A program made the translations under genes and the position numbers. Under the pieces are notes generated by a model. That model searched no databases, was not told the DNA's origin, and was given only the letters and a program-made list of their open reading frames with translations. A stretch of 64,000 nt of DNA from the human T2T-CHM13v2.0 reference genome, Homo sapiens. How positions within the stretch are numbered: position 1 is the first letter of the stretch; each line of letters begins with the position of its first letter. Positions 14,001 to 27,400 of the stretch are shown here, piece by piece. The stretch lies in assembly GCF_009914755.1 (NCBI RefSeq), contig NC_060933.1; one strand, given 5' to 3'.

Positions 14001-17000
14001 TCGATTCCATTCCATTGCACTCGGGTTGATTCCATTCCATTCCATTCCATTCCATTTCATTCCATTCCATTACATTCGGATTGATTCTATTCAATTCCCT
14101 TACACTCCATTACATTCCATTCCATTCGGGATGTTTCCATTCCATTCCATTCCATTCCACTCCATTCCATTGCACTCGGGTTGATTCCATTCCATTCCTT
14201 TCCATTCCATTCCATTCCCCTGCACTCGGATTGATTACATTCCATTCCCTTCACTTCTATTCCTTTCCATTCCATTCCATTCCATTCCATTCCATTGCAA
14301 TCGAGTTGATTCCATTCCATTCCATTCCATTCCGTTCCAGATGATTCCATTCCATTGCATTCCATTCCATTCCATTCCCCTGAACACGGGTTGATTCCTT
14401 TCCATTCCATTCCATTCCATTCCATTCCATTCCATTCTATTCCATTCCGTTCCATTCCATTCCATTCCATTCTATTCGGGTTAATTCCATTCCATTCCAT
14501 TGCATTCCATTCCAATCGAGTTGATTCCATTCCATTCCATTCCATTCCACTCCATTCCAGTCCTTTCAATTCCATTCCACTCGGGTTGATTCCATTCTAT
14601 TCCTTTCCATTCCATTCCATTGCAATCGAGTTGATTCCATTGCATTGCATTCCATTGCATTCCATTCCATTCCGGATGATTCCATTCCATTGCATTCCAT
14701 TCCATTCCATTCCCCTGCACTAGGGTTGATTTCATTCCATTCCACTCCATTCCGTTCCATTCCATTCAATTCCGTTGTATTCGGGTTAATTCCATTCCAT
14801 TCCATTCCATTCCATTCCATTAGAATCGAGTTGATTCCATTCCATTCAATTCTATTCCAATCCATTCCATTCCATTCCTTTCCATTCCATTCCACTCGGG
14901 TTGATTCCATTCTATTAGTTTCCATTCCATTCCATTCCCTTCCATTCCACTCTGGTTGATTCCACTCCTTTCCATTCCACTCGAATACATTCCCTCCTAA
15001 TCCACTCGGAACAATTCCATTCGATTCCATTGCATTCCATTCCATTTCGTTCCATTCCATTCTATTCTGTACCATTCCATTCCATTCCATTCCATTCCAT
15101 TCCATTCCACTCGTGTTGATTCCATTCCATTCCATTCCATTCGGATTGATTCTATTCAACTCACTTACTTTCAATTACATTCCATTCCATTCGGATTGAT
15201 TTTATTCAACTCCCTTACTCTCCATTACATTCCATTCCATTCGGGTTGTTCCATTCCTTTCCATTCCATTCCACTCCATTCCATTGCACTCGGATTGATT
15301 CCATTCCATTCCATTCCATTCCATTCCATTCCATTCCATTCCATTCTGGATGATTCCATTCCATTGCATTCCGTTCTATTACATTTCCCTGCACTCGCGT
15401 TTATTCCATTCCATTAAATTCCATTCCATTCGATTCCATTCCATTCCAATTCGTTCCATTCCATTCTATTCCGTACCATTCCATTAAATTCCATACCATT
15501 CCATTCCATTCCATTCCATTCCATTCCATTCCATTCCATTCCGTTCTATTCCGTTCCATTCCATTCCATTCCATTCTATTAGGGTTAATTCCATTCCATT
15601 CCATTCCATTCCATTCTATTCCATTCCATTGCAATCGAGTTGAATCCATTGCATTCCATTCCATTCCATTCCATTCCATTCCATTCCATTCCATTCCGGA
15701 AGATTCCATTCCATTGCATTCCATTCCATTCCATTCCCCTGCACTCTCGTTGATTCCATTCCATTCCATTCCATTCCATTGCATTCCGTTCCGTTCCGTT
15801 CCATTCCATTCCATTCCATTCCATTCCGTTCCGTTCCATTCCATTCCATTCCATTCTATTCGGATTAATTCCATTCCATTCCATTTGATTGCAATAGAGT
15901 TGATTCCATTCCATTCCATTCCATTCCATTCCATTCCATTCCATTCCATTCCATTCCTTTCCATTCCATTACTAATGATTCCATTCCATTGCATTCCATT
16001 CCATTCCATTCTCCTGTACTCGGGTTGATTCCATTCCATTCCATTCCAATCCATGCCATTCCACTCGTGTTGATTCCATTCTTTCCATTCCATTCAGGTT
16101 GAATCCATTCCATTGCATTCCATTCCATTCGATTCCATTCGATTGCACTCGGGTTGATTCCATTCCATTGCATTCCATTCCATTCCATTCCATTCCATTC
16201 CATTCCGTTCCATTCCATTCCATTACATTCGGATTGATTCTATTCAATTCCCTTACACTTCATTACATACCATTCCATTCGGGTAGTTTCCATTCCATTC
16301 CATTCCATTCCTCTCCATTCCATTGCACTCGGGTTGATTCCATTCCATTCCATTCCATTCCATTCCCTTCCATTCCCTTCCGTTCCGTTCCATTCCATTC
16401 CATTCCATTCTATTCGGGTTAATTCCATTCCATTCCATTCCATTCCATTCCATTCCATTCCATTCCATTCCATGCCATGCCATGCCACTCGTGTTGATTC
16501 CATTCTTTCCATTCCATTCAAGTTGAATCCATTCCATTGCATTCCATTCCATTCGATTCCATTCGATTGCACTCGTGTTGATTCCATTCCATTGCATTCC
16601 ATTCCATTCCATTCCATTCCATTCCGTTCCGTTCCATTACATTCCATTATATTCGGATTGATTCTATTCAATTCCCTTACACTCCATTACTTTCCATTCC
16701 ATTCGGATAGTTTCCATTCCATTCCATTGCGTTCCTCTCCATTCCATTGCACTCGGGTTGATTCCATTCCATTCCATTCCATTCCATTCCATTCCGGATG
16801 ATTCCATTCCATTGAATTCCATTCCATTCCATTCCCGTGCACTTTGGTTGATTCCATTCCATTCCATTCCATTCCTTTCGGTTCCATTCCATTCCATTCC
16901 ATTCCATTCCATTCCATTCCATTCTATTCGAATTAATTCCATTCCATTCTACTCCATTCCATTCCATTGAAATCGAGTTGATTCCATTCCATTCCATTCC

Positions 17001-20000
17001 ATTCCATTCCGGATGATTCCATTCCATTGCATTCCATTCCATTCCATTCCCCTGCACTCGGGTTGAATCCATTCCATTCCATTCCATTACATTCCGTTCC
17101 ATTCCATTCCATTCCATTCTATTCGGGTTAATTCCATTCCATTCCATTCCACTGCATTCCAGTCGTTTGCATTCCATTCCACTCGGGTTGATTCCTTTCT
17201 ATTCCTTTCCATTCCATTGCATTCCATTGCAATCGAGTTGATTCCATTCGAGTTGAATCCATTCCATTCCATTCCATTCCATTACATTGCACACGGGTTC
17301 ATTCCATTCCATTCCATTCCATTCCATTCCATTCCATTCCATTCCATTCCATTCCATTCCATTTCATTCCATTCCATTCTATTCCGTAGCATTCCATTCC
17401 ATCCCATTCCATTCCATTCCATTCCATTCCATGCCATTACACTCGGGTTGATTCCATTCCTTTCCATTGCATTCTTGTTGAATCCATTCCATTCCATTCC
17501 ATTCCATTCGAATCCATTATATTGCACACGGGTTGATTCCATTCCATTCCATTCCATTCCGTTTCATTCCATTCCATTCCATTACATTCGGATTGATTCT
17601 ATTCAATTCCCTTACACTCCATTACATTCCATTCCATTCGGGATGTTTCCATTCCATTCCATTCCATTCCACTCCATTCCATTGCACACGGGTTGATTGC
17701 ATTCCATTCCATTCCATTCCATTCCAGATTATTCCATTCCATTGCATTCCATTGCATTCCATTCCCCTGCACTCGGGTTGATTACATTCCATTCCATTCC
17801 CTTCCATTCCCTTCCATTCCATTCCATTCCATTGCAATCGAGTTGATTCCATTCCATTCCATTCCATTCCATTCCATTGCATTCCATTCCATTCCATTCC
17901 ATTCCATTCCATTCCATTCCATTCCGGATGATTGCATTCCATTGCATTCCATTCCATTCCATTCCCCTGCACTCGGGTTGATTCCATTCCATTTCATTCC
18001 ATTACATTCCGTTCCATTCCATTCCATTCCATTCTATTCGGGTTAATTCCATTCCATTCCATTCCATTCCATTCCATTCCATTCCATTCCATTCCATTCC
18101 ATTGCAATCGAGTTGATTCCATTCCATTCCATTCCATTCCATTCCATTCCATTACAATCGATTTGATTGCATTCCTTTCCATTCCATTCCATTCCATTCC
18201 GGATGATTCCATTCCATTGCATTCCGTTCCATTACATTCCCCTGCACTCGCGTTGATTCCATTCCATTGCATTCCATTCCATTCAATTTCATTCCATTAC
18301 AATTCGTTCCATTCCATTCTATTCCGTACCATTCCATTCCATTCCATACCATTCCATTCCATTCCATTCCATTCCGTTCCATTCCGTTCCATTCCATTCC
18401 ATTCCATTCCATTCTATTCGGATTAATTCCATTCCATTCCATTCCATTCCATTCTTTTCCATTCCATTGCAATCGAGTTGAATCCATTGCATTTCATTCC
18501 ATTCCATTCCGTTCCATTCCATTCCGGAAGATTCCATTCCATTGCATTCCATTCCATTCCATTCCCCTGCACTCGCGTTGATTCCATTCCATTCCATTCC
18601 ATTCCATTCCATTCCGTTCCGTTCCGTTCCATTCCATTCCATTCCATTCCATTCTGTTCCGTTCCATTCCATTCCATTCCATTCTATTCGGGTTAATTCC
18701 ATTCCATTCCATTCGATTGCAATCGAGTTGATTCCATTCCATTCCTTTCCACTCCATTCCAGTCCTTTCCATTCCATTCCACTCGGGTTGATTCCATTTT
18801 ATTCCTTTCCATTCCAATCCATTCCATTGCAATCGAGATGATTCCATTCGAGTTGAATCCATTCCATTCCATTCCATTAAATTCCATTGCAGACGGGTTC
18901 ATTCCATTCCATTCCATTCCATTCCATTCCATTCCATTCCATTTCATTCCATTCCATTTCATTCCATTCCATTGTATTCCGTACCTTTCCATTCCATCCC
19001 ATTCCATTCCATTCCATTCCATGCCATTACACTCGGGTTGATTCCATTCCTTTCCATTCCATTCTTGTTGAATCCATTCCATTCCATTCCATTCGAATCC
19101 ATTCCATTGCACTCGGTTTGATTCCATTCCATTCCATTCCATTCCATTTCATTCCACTCCATTCCATTGCATTCGGACTGATTCTATTCAATTCCCTTAC
19201 ACTCCATTACATTCCATTCCATTCGGGATGTTTCCATTCCGTTCCATTCCATTCCATTCCGGATGATTCCATTCCACTGCATTCAATTCCATTCCATTCC
19301 CCTGCACTCGGGTTGATTACATTCCATGCCATTCCCTTCCATTCCTTTCCATTCCATTCCATTCTATTCTTTTCGGGTTAATTCCATTCCATTCCATTCC
19401 ATTCCATTCCTTTCCATTCCATTGCAATCGAGTTGATTCCATTCCATTCCATTCCATTCCGTTCCGGATGATTCCATTCCATTGCATTCCATTCCATTCC
19501 ATTCCCGTGCAGTCGGGTTGATTCCATTCCATTCCATTCCATTCCATTCCATTCCATTCCATTCCATTCCATTCCGTTCCATTCCATTCCATTCCATTCT
19601 ATTCGGGTTAATTCCATTCCATTCCATTCCATTCCATTGAAATTCCATTCCACTCCATTCCAATCGAGTTGATTCCATTCCATTCCTTTCCATACCATTC
19701 CATTCCATTCCATTCCATTCTATTCGGGTTAATTCCATTCCATTCCATTCCATTCCATTTCATTCTATTCCATTCCATTGCAATCAAGTTGAATCCATTG
19801 CATTTCATTCCATTCCATTCCATTCCATTCCATTCCCCTGCACTCGCGTTGATTCCATTCCATTACATTCTATTCCATTCCGTTCCGTTCCATTCCGTTC
19901 CATTCCATTCCATTACATTCTATTCGGGTTAATTCCCTTCCATTCCATTCGATTGCAATCGAGTTGATTCCATTCCATTGCATTCCATTCCATTCCATTC

Positions 20001-21472
20001 CATTCCTTTCCTTTGCATTTCGGATGATTCCATTCCATTGCATTCCATTCCATTCCTTTCCCCTGTACTCGTGTTGATTCCATTCCATTCCATTCCAATC
20101 CATGCCATTCCACTCGTGTTGATTCCATTCTTTCCATTCCATTCAAGTTGAATCCATTCCATGGCATTCCATTCCATTCCATTCCCCTGCAGTCGGGTTG
20201 ATTCCATTGCATTCCATTCCATTCCATTCCATTCCATTCCATTCCGTTCCATTCCATTCCATTCCATTCTATTCGGGTTAATTCCATTCCATTCCATTCC
20301 ATTCCATTACATTCCAATCGAGTTGATTCCATTCCATTCCATTCCATTCCATTCCATTCAACTCCATTCCATTCCATTCCATTACATTACATTCCAATCG
20401 AGTTGATTCCATTCCATTCCATTCCATTCCATTCCACTCCATTCCAGTCCTTTCCATTCCATTCCACTCGGTTTGATTCCATTCTATTCATTTCCATTCC
20501 ATTCCATTCCATTGCAATCGAGTTGATTCCATTGCTTTGCATTCCATTCCATTCCATTCCATTCCGGATGATTCCATTCCATTGCATTCCATTCCATTCC
20601 ATTCCCCTGCACTCGGGTTGATTCCATTCCATTCCACTTCATTCCGTTCCATTCCATTCCATTCCATTGTGTTCGGGTTAATTCCATTCCATTCCATTCC
20701 ATTCCATTCCATTCCATTCCATTCCATTACAATCGAGTTGATTCCATTCCATTCCATTCCATTCCATTCCATTCCATTCCGTTCCATTCTATTCCGTTCC
20801 TGTCCTTTCCATTCCATTCCACTCGGGTTGATTCTATTCTATTAGTTTCCATACCATTCCATTCCCTTCCATTCCACTCTGGTTGATTCCATTCCTTTCC
20901 ATTCCACTCGAATACATTCCCTCCTATTCCACTAGGAACGATTCCATTCCATTCCATTCCATTCCATTCCATTCCATTCCATTCCATTCCATTTCTTTCC
21001 ATTCCATTCTATTCTGTACCATTCCATTCCATTCCATTTCTTTCCATTCCATTCCATTCCACTCATGTTGATTCCGTTCCTTTCCATTCCATTTGGTTTG
21101 AAAGCATTCCATTCCATTCAATTCCATTCCATTCCATTCCATTCCATTCCATTCCATTCCATTCCATTCCATTGTACTCGGGTTGATTCCATTCCATTGC
21201 ATTCCATTCCATTCCATTCCATTCCATTCCTTTCCATTCCTTTACATTCCATTCCGTTGCATTCCATTCCATTACATTCGGATTGATTCTATTCAACACC
21301 CTTACTCTCCATTCCATTCCATTCCTTTCTGGTTGTTCCATTCCATTGCATTCCATTCCATTACATTCCCCTGCACTCGCGTTGATTCCATTCCATTCCA
21401 TTCCATTCCATTCCATTCAATTCCATTCCATTACAATTCGTTCCATTCCATTCTATTCCGTACCATTCCATT
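8050..21472 (+). repeat. ~13.4-kb higher-order block, copy A
   Basis: ORF pairs 8702/22124, 10614/24036, 13595/27012, 16664/30281, 18423/32015 and 21063/34655 give offsets of 13.41-13.62 kb. The block starts at CAATCGAGTTAATTCC (8050). Confidence 0.92.
10491..16725 (+). repeat. Tandem pair of ~3.1-kb subunits inside block A
   Basis: CAATCGATTTGATTCC at 10491 and 13638 (offset 3147). ORF pairs 10614/13761, 10945/14087 and 12803/15865. Confidence 0.88.
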
Positions 21473-24400
21473 CAATCGAGTTAATTCCATTCCATTCCAT
21501 TCCATTCCATTCCATTCCTTTCCATTCCATTACGGATGATTCCATTCCATTGCATTACATTCCATTCCATTCCCTTGTACTCGGGTTGATTCCATTCCAT
21601 TCCATTCTATTCCATTCCATTACATTCGGATTGATTCTATTCAACTCCCTTACTCTCCATTACATTCCATTCCATTCGCGTTGTTCCATTCCATTCCATT
21701 CCATTCCACTCCATTCCATTGCACTCGGGTTGATTCCATTCCATTCCATTCCATTCCATTCCGGATGATTCCATTCCATTCCATTCCGTTCCATTCCGTT
21801 CCATTCCGTTCCATTGCATTCCATTCCATTCTATTCGGGTTAATTCCATTCCATTCCATTGCATTCCATTCTATTCCATTCCATTGCATTCGAGATGAAT
21901 CCATTGCATTTCATTCCATTCCATTCCATTCCATTCCATTCCGGAAGATTCATTCCATTGCATTCCATTCCATTCCATTCCCCTGCACTCGCGTTGATTC
22001 CATTCCATTCCATTCCATTCCATTCCATTCCATTCCATTCCGTTCCGTTCCGTTCCATTCCATTCCATTCCATTCCATTCCATTCCGTACCGTTCCATTC
22101 CATTGCATTCCATTCTGTTCGGGTTAATTCCATTCCATTCCATTCGATTGCAATCGAGTTGATTCCATTCCATTCCATTCCATTGCATTCCATTCTATTC
22201 CTTTCCATTCCATTACGGATGATTCCATTCCATTGCATTCCATTCCATTCCATTCCCCTGTACTCGGGTTGATTCCATTCCATTCCATTCCAATCCATGC
22301 CATTCCACTCGTGTTGATTCCATTCTTTCCATTCCATTCAAGTTGAATCCATTCCATTGCATTCCATTGCATTCGATTCCATTGGATTGCACTCGGGTTG
22401 ATTCCATTCCATTGCATTCCATTCCATTCCATTCCATTCCATTCCGTTCCATTCCATTCCATTACATTCGGATTGATTCTATTCAATTCCCTTACACTTC
22501 ATTACATTCCATTACATTCGGGTAGTTTCCATTCCATTCCATTCCATTCCTCTCCATTCCATTGCACTCGGGTTGATTCCATTCCATTGCATTCCATTCC
22601 ATTCCATTCCATTCCATTCTATTCCATTCCATTCCATTCCATTGTACTCAGGTTTATTCCATTCCATTGCATTCCATTCCATTCCATTCCGTTCCATTCC
22701 ATTCCATTACATTCGGGTTGATTCTATTCAACTCCCTTACTCTCCATTACTTTCCATTCCATTCGTGTTGTTCCATTCCATTCCATTCCATTCCACTCCA
22801 CTCCATTGCACTCGGGTTGATTCCATTCCATTCCATTCCAATCCATCCCGGATGATTCCATTCCATTGCATTCCGTTCCATTACATTCCCCTGCACTCGG
22901 GTTGATTCCATTCCATTCCATTCCATTCCATTCCATACCTTTCCATTCTATTCCATTCCATTCCAATTCTTTCCATTCCATTCTATTCTGTAGCATTCCA
23001 TTCCATTCCATACAATTCCATTCCATTCCATTCCATTCCATTCCATTCCATTCCATTCCGTTCCATTCTGTTCCGTTCCGTTCCGTTCCATTCCATTCCA
23101 TTCCATTCTATTCGGGTTAATTCCATTCCATTCCATTCCATTCCATTCCATTCTATTCCATTCCATTGCAATCCAGTTGAATCCATTGCATTCCATTCCA
23201 TTCCCTTCCATTCCATTCCGGAAGATTCCATTCCATTGCATTCCATTCCATTCCATTCCCCTGCACTCGCGTTGATTCCATTCCATTCCATTCCATTCCA
23301 TTCCATTCCATTCCATTCCATTCCTTTCCGTTCCATTCCATTCCATTCCATTCCATTCCATTCCATTCCGTTCCATTCCATTCCATTCCATTCTATTCGG
23401 GTTAATTCCATTCCATTCCATTCGATTAAAATCGAGTTGATTCCATTCCATTCCATTCCATTCCATTCCATTCCATTCCTTTCCGTTCCATTACGTATGA
23501 TTCCATTCCATTGCATTCCATTCCATTCCATTCCCCTGCACTCGGGTTGATTCCATTCCATTCCACTCCATTCTTTCCGTTCCATTCCATTCCATTCCAT
23601 TCCTTTCTATTCGTGTTAATTCCATTCCATTATATTCCATTCCATTCCATTGAAATCGAGTTGATTCCATTCCATTCCATTCCATTCCATTCCATTCCAT
23701 TCCATTCCATTCCATTCCGGATTATTCCATTCCGTCGCATTCCATTCGATTCCATTCCCCTGCACTCGGGTTGATTCCATTCCATTCCATTCCATTCCAT
23801 TCCATTCCATTCCATTCCATTCTATTTGGGTTAATTCCATTCCATTCCATTCCATTCCATTCCATTCCATTCCATTTCAATAGAGTTGATTCCATTCCAT
23901 TCCATTCCATTCCAATCGATTTGATTCCATTCCATTCCATTCCATTCCACTCCATTCCAGTCCTTTCCTTTCCATTCCACTCGGGTTGATTCCATTCTAT
24001 TCCTTTCCATTCCATTCCATTCCATTGCAATCGAGTTGATTCTTTTCGAGTTGAATCCATTCCTTTCCATTCCATTCCATTACATTGCACACGGGTCCAT
24101 TCCATTCCATTCCATTCCATTCCATTCCATTCCATTCCATTTCATTCCATTCCATTCTATTCCGTACCATTCCATTCCATCCCATTCCATTCCATTCCAT
24201 TCCATGCCATTACACTCGGGTTGATTCCATTCCTTTCCATTCCATTCTTGTTGAATCCATTCCATTCCATTCCATTCGATTCCATTCCATTGCACTCGGG
24301 TTGATTCCATTCCATTCCATTCCATTCCATTTCATTCCATTCCATTCCATTACATTCGGATTGATTCTATTCAATTCCCTTACACTCCATTACATTCCAT

Positions 24401-27400
24401 TCCATTCGGGATGTTTCCATTCCATTCCATTCCATTCCACTCCATTCCATTGCACTCGGGTTGATTCCATTCCATTCCTTTCCATTCCATTCCATTCCCC
24501 TGCACTCGGATTGATTACATTCCATTCCCTTCACTTCTATTCCTTTCCATTCCATTCCATTCCATTCCATTCCATTGCAATCGAGTTGATTCCATTCCAT
24601 TCCATTCCATTCCGTTCCAGATGATTCCATTCCATTGCATTCCATTCCATTCCATTCCCCTGAACTCGGGTTGATTCCTTTCCATTCCATTCCATTCCAT
24701 TCCATTCTATTCCATTCCGTTCCATTCCATTCCATTCCATTCTATTCGGGTTAATTCCATTCCATTCCATTGCATTCCATTCCAATCGAGTTGATTCCGT
24801 TCCATTCCATTCCATTCCACTCCATTCCAGTCCTTTCCATTCCATTCCACTCGGGTTGATTCCATTCTATTCCTTTCCATTCCATTCCATTGCAATCGAG
24901 TTGATTCCATTGCATTGCATTCCATTGCATTCCATTCCATTCCGGATGATTCCATTCCATTGCATTCCTTTCCATTCCATTCCCCTGCACTAGGGTTGAT
25001 TTCATTCCATTCCACTCCATTCCGTTCCATCCCATTCCATTGCGTTGTATTCGGGTTAATTCCATTCCATTCCATTCCATTCCATTAGAATCGAGTTGAT
25101 TCCATTCCATTCAATTCTATTCCAATCCATTCCATTCCATTCCTTTCCATTCCATTCCACTCGGGTTGATTCCATTCTATTAGTTTCCATTCCATTCCAT
25201 TCCCTTCCATTCTACTCTGGTTGATTCCACTCCTTTCCATTCCACTCGAATACATTCCCTCCTAATCCACTCGGAACAATTCCATTCCATTCCATTGCAT
25301 TCCATTCCATTTCGTTCCATTCCATTCTATTCCGTACCATTCCATTCCATTCCATTCCATTCCATTCCATTCCATTCCATTCCACTCGTGTTGATTCCAT
25401 TCCTTTCCATTCCATTCGGTTTGAAGCCATTCCATTCAATTCCATTCCATTGCATTCCATTCCATTCCATTCAATTCCATTCCGTTCCATTCCATTCCAT
25501 TCCATTCGGATTGATTCTATTCAACTCACTTACTTTCAATTACATTCCATTCCATTCGGATTGATTTTATTCAACTCCCTTACTCTCCATTACATTCCAT
25601 TCCATTCGGGTTGTTCCATTCCTTTCCATTCCATTCCACTCCATTCCATTGCACTCGGGTTGATTCCATTCCATTCCATTCCATTCCATTCCATTCCATT
25701 CCATTCTGGATGATTCCATTCCATTGCATTCCGTTCTATTACATTTCCCTGCACTCGCGTTGATTCCATTCCATTAAATTCCATTCCATTCGATTCCATT
25801 CCATTCCAATTCGTTCCATTCCATTCTATTCCGTACCATTCCATTAAATTCCATACCATTCCATTCCATTCCATTCCATTCCATTCCATTCCATTCCGTT
25901 CTATTCCGTTCCATTCCATTCCATTCCATTCTATTAGGGTTAATTCCATTCCATTCCATTCCATTCCATTCTATTCCATTCCATTGCAATCGAGTTGAAT
26001 CCATTGCATTCCATTCCATTCCATTCCATTCCATTCCATTCCATTCCATTCCATTCCGGAAGATTCCATTCCATTGCATTCCATTCCATTCCATTCCCCT
26101 GCACTCTCGTTGATTCCATTCCATTCCATTCCATTCCATTGCATTCCGTTCCGTTCCGTTCCATTCCATTCCATTCCATTCCATTCCGTTCCGTTCCATT
26201 CCATTCCATTCCATTCTATTCGGATTAATTCCATTCCATTCCATTTGATTGCAATAGAGTTGATTCCATTCCATTCCATTCCATTCCATTCCATTCCATT
26301 CCTTTCCATTCCATTACTAATGATTCCATTCCATTGCATTCCATTCCATTCCATTCTCCTGTACTCGGGTTGATTCCATTCCATTCCATTCCAATCCATG
26401 CCATTCCACTCGTGTTGATTCCATTCTTTCCATTCCATTCAGGTTGAATCCATTCCATTGCATTCCATTCCATTCGATTCCATTCGATTGCACTCGGGTT
26501 GATTCCATTCCATTGCATTCCATTCCATTCCATTCCATTCCATTCCGTTCCATTCCATTCCATTACATTCGGATTGATTCTATTCAATTCCCTTACACTT
26601 CATTACATACCATTCCATTCGGGTAGTTTCCATTCCATTCCATTCCATTCCACTCCATTCCATTGCACTCGGGTTGATTCCATTCCATTCCATTCCATTC
26701 CATTCCCTTCCATTCCATTCCGTTCCGTTCCATTCCATTCCATTCCATTCTATTCGGGTTAATTCCATTCCATTCCATTCCATTCCATTCCATTCCATTC
26801 CATGCCATTCCACTCGTGGTGATTCCATTCTTTCCATTACATTCAAGTTGAATCCATTCCATTGCATTCCATTCCATTCGATTCCATTCGATTGCACTCG
26901 TGTTGATTCCATTCCATTGCATTCCATTCCATTCCATTCCATTCCATTCCGTTCCGTTCCATTACATTCCATTATATTCGGATTGATTCTATTCAATTCC
27001 CTTACACTCCATTACATTCCATTCCATTCTGGTAGTTTCCATTCCATTCCATTCCAATCGATTTGATTCCATTCCATTCCATTCCATTCCACTCCATTCC
27101 AGTCCTTTCCTTTCCATTCCACTCGGGTTGATTCCATTCTATTCCTTTCCATTACATTCCATTCCATTGCAATCGAGTTGATTCCATTCGAGTTGAATCC
27201 ATTCCATTCCATTCCATTACATTACATTGCACACGGGTCCATTCCATTCCATTCCATTCCATTCCATTCCATTCCATTTCATTCCATTCCATTCTATTCC
27301 GTACCATTCCATTCCATCCCATTCCATTCCATTCCATTCCATGCCATTACACTCGGGTTGATTCCATTCCTTTCCATTCCATTCTTGTTGAATCCATTCC

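Larger units (their letters stand above)
5420..17163 (+). repeat. First copy of the >=11.8-kb segment that recurs at ~52140-64000 (offset ~46.7 kb)
   Basis: ORF pairs 5602/52324, 6489/53211, 8702/55424 and 12033/58755 all have offset 46722. The last bases of the window (GCATTCCAGT) match sequence ending at 17163. Confidence 0.9.
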
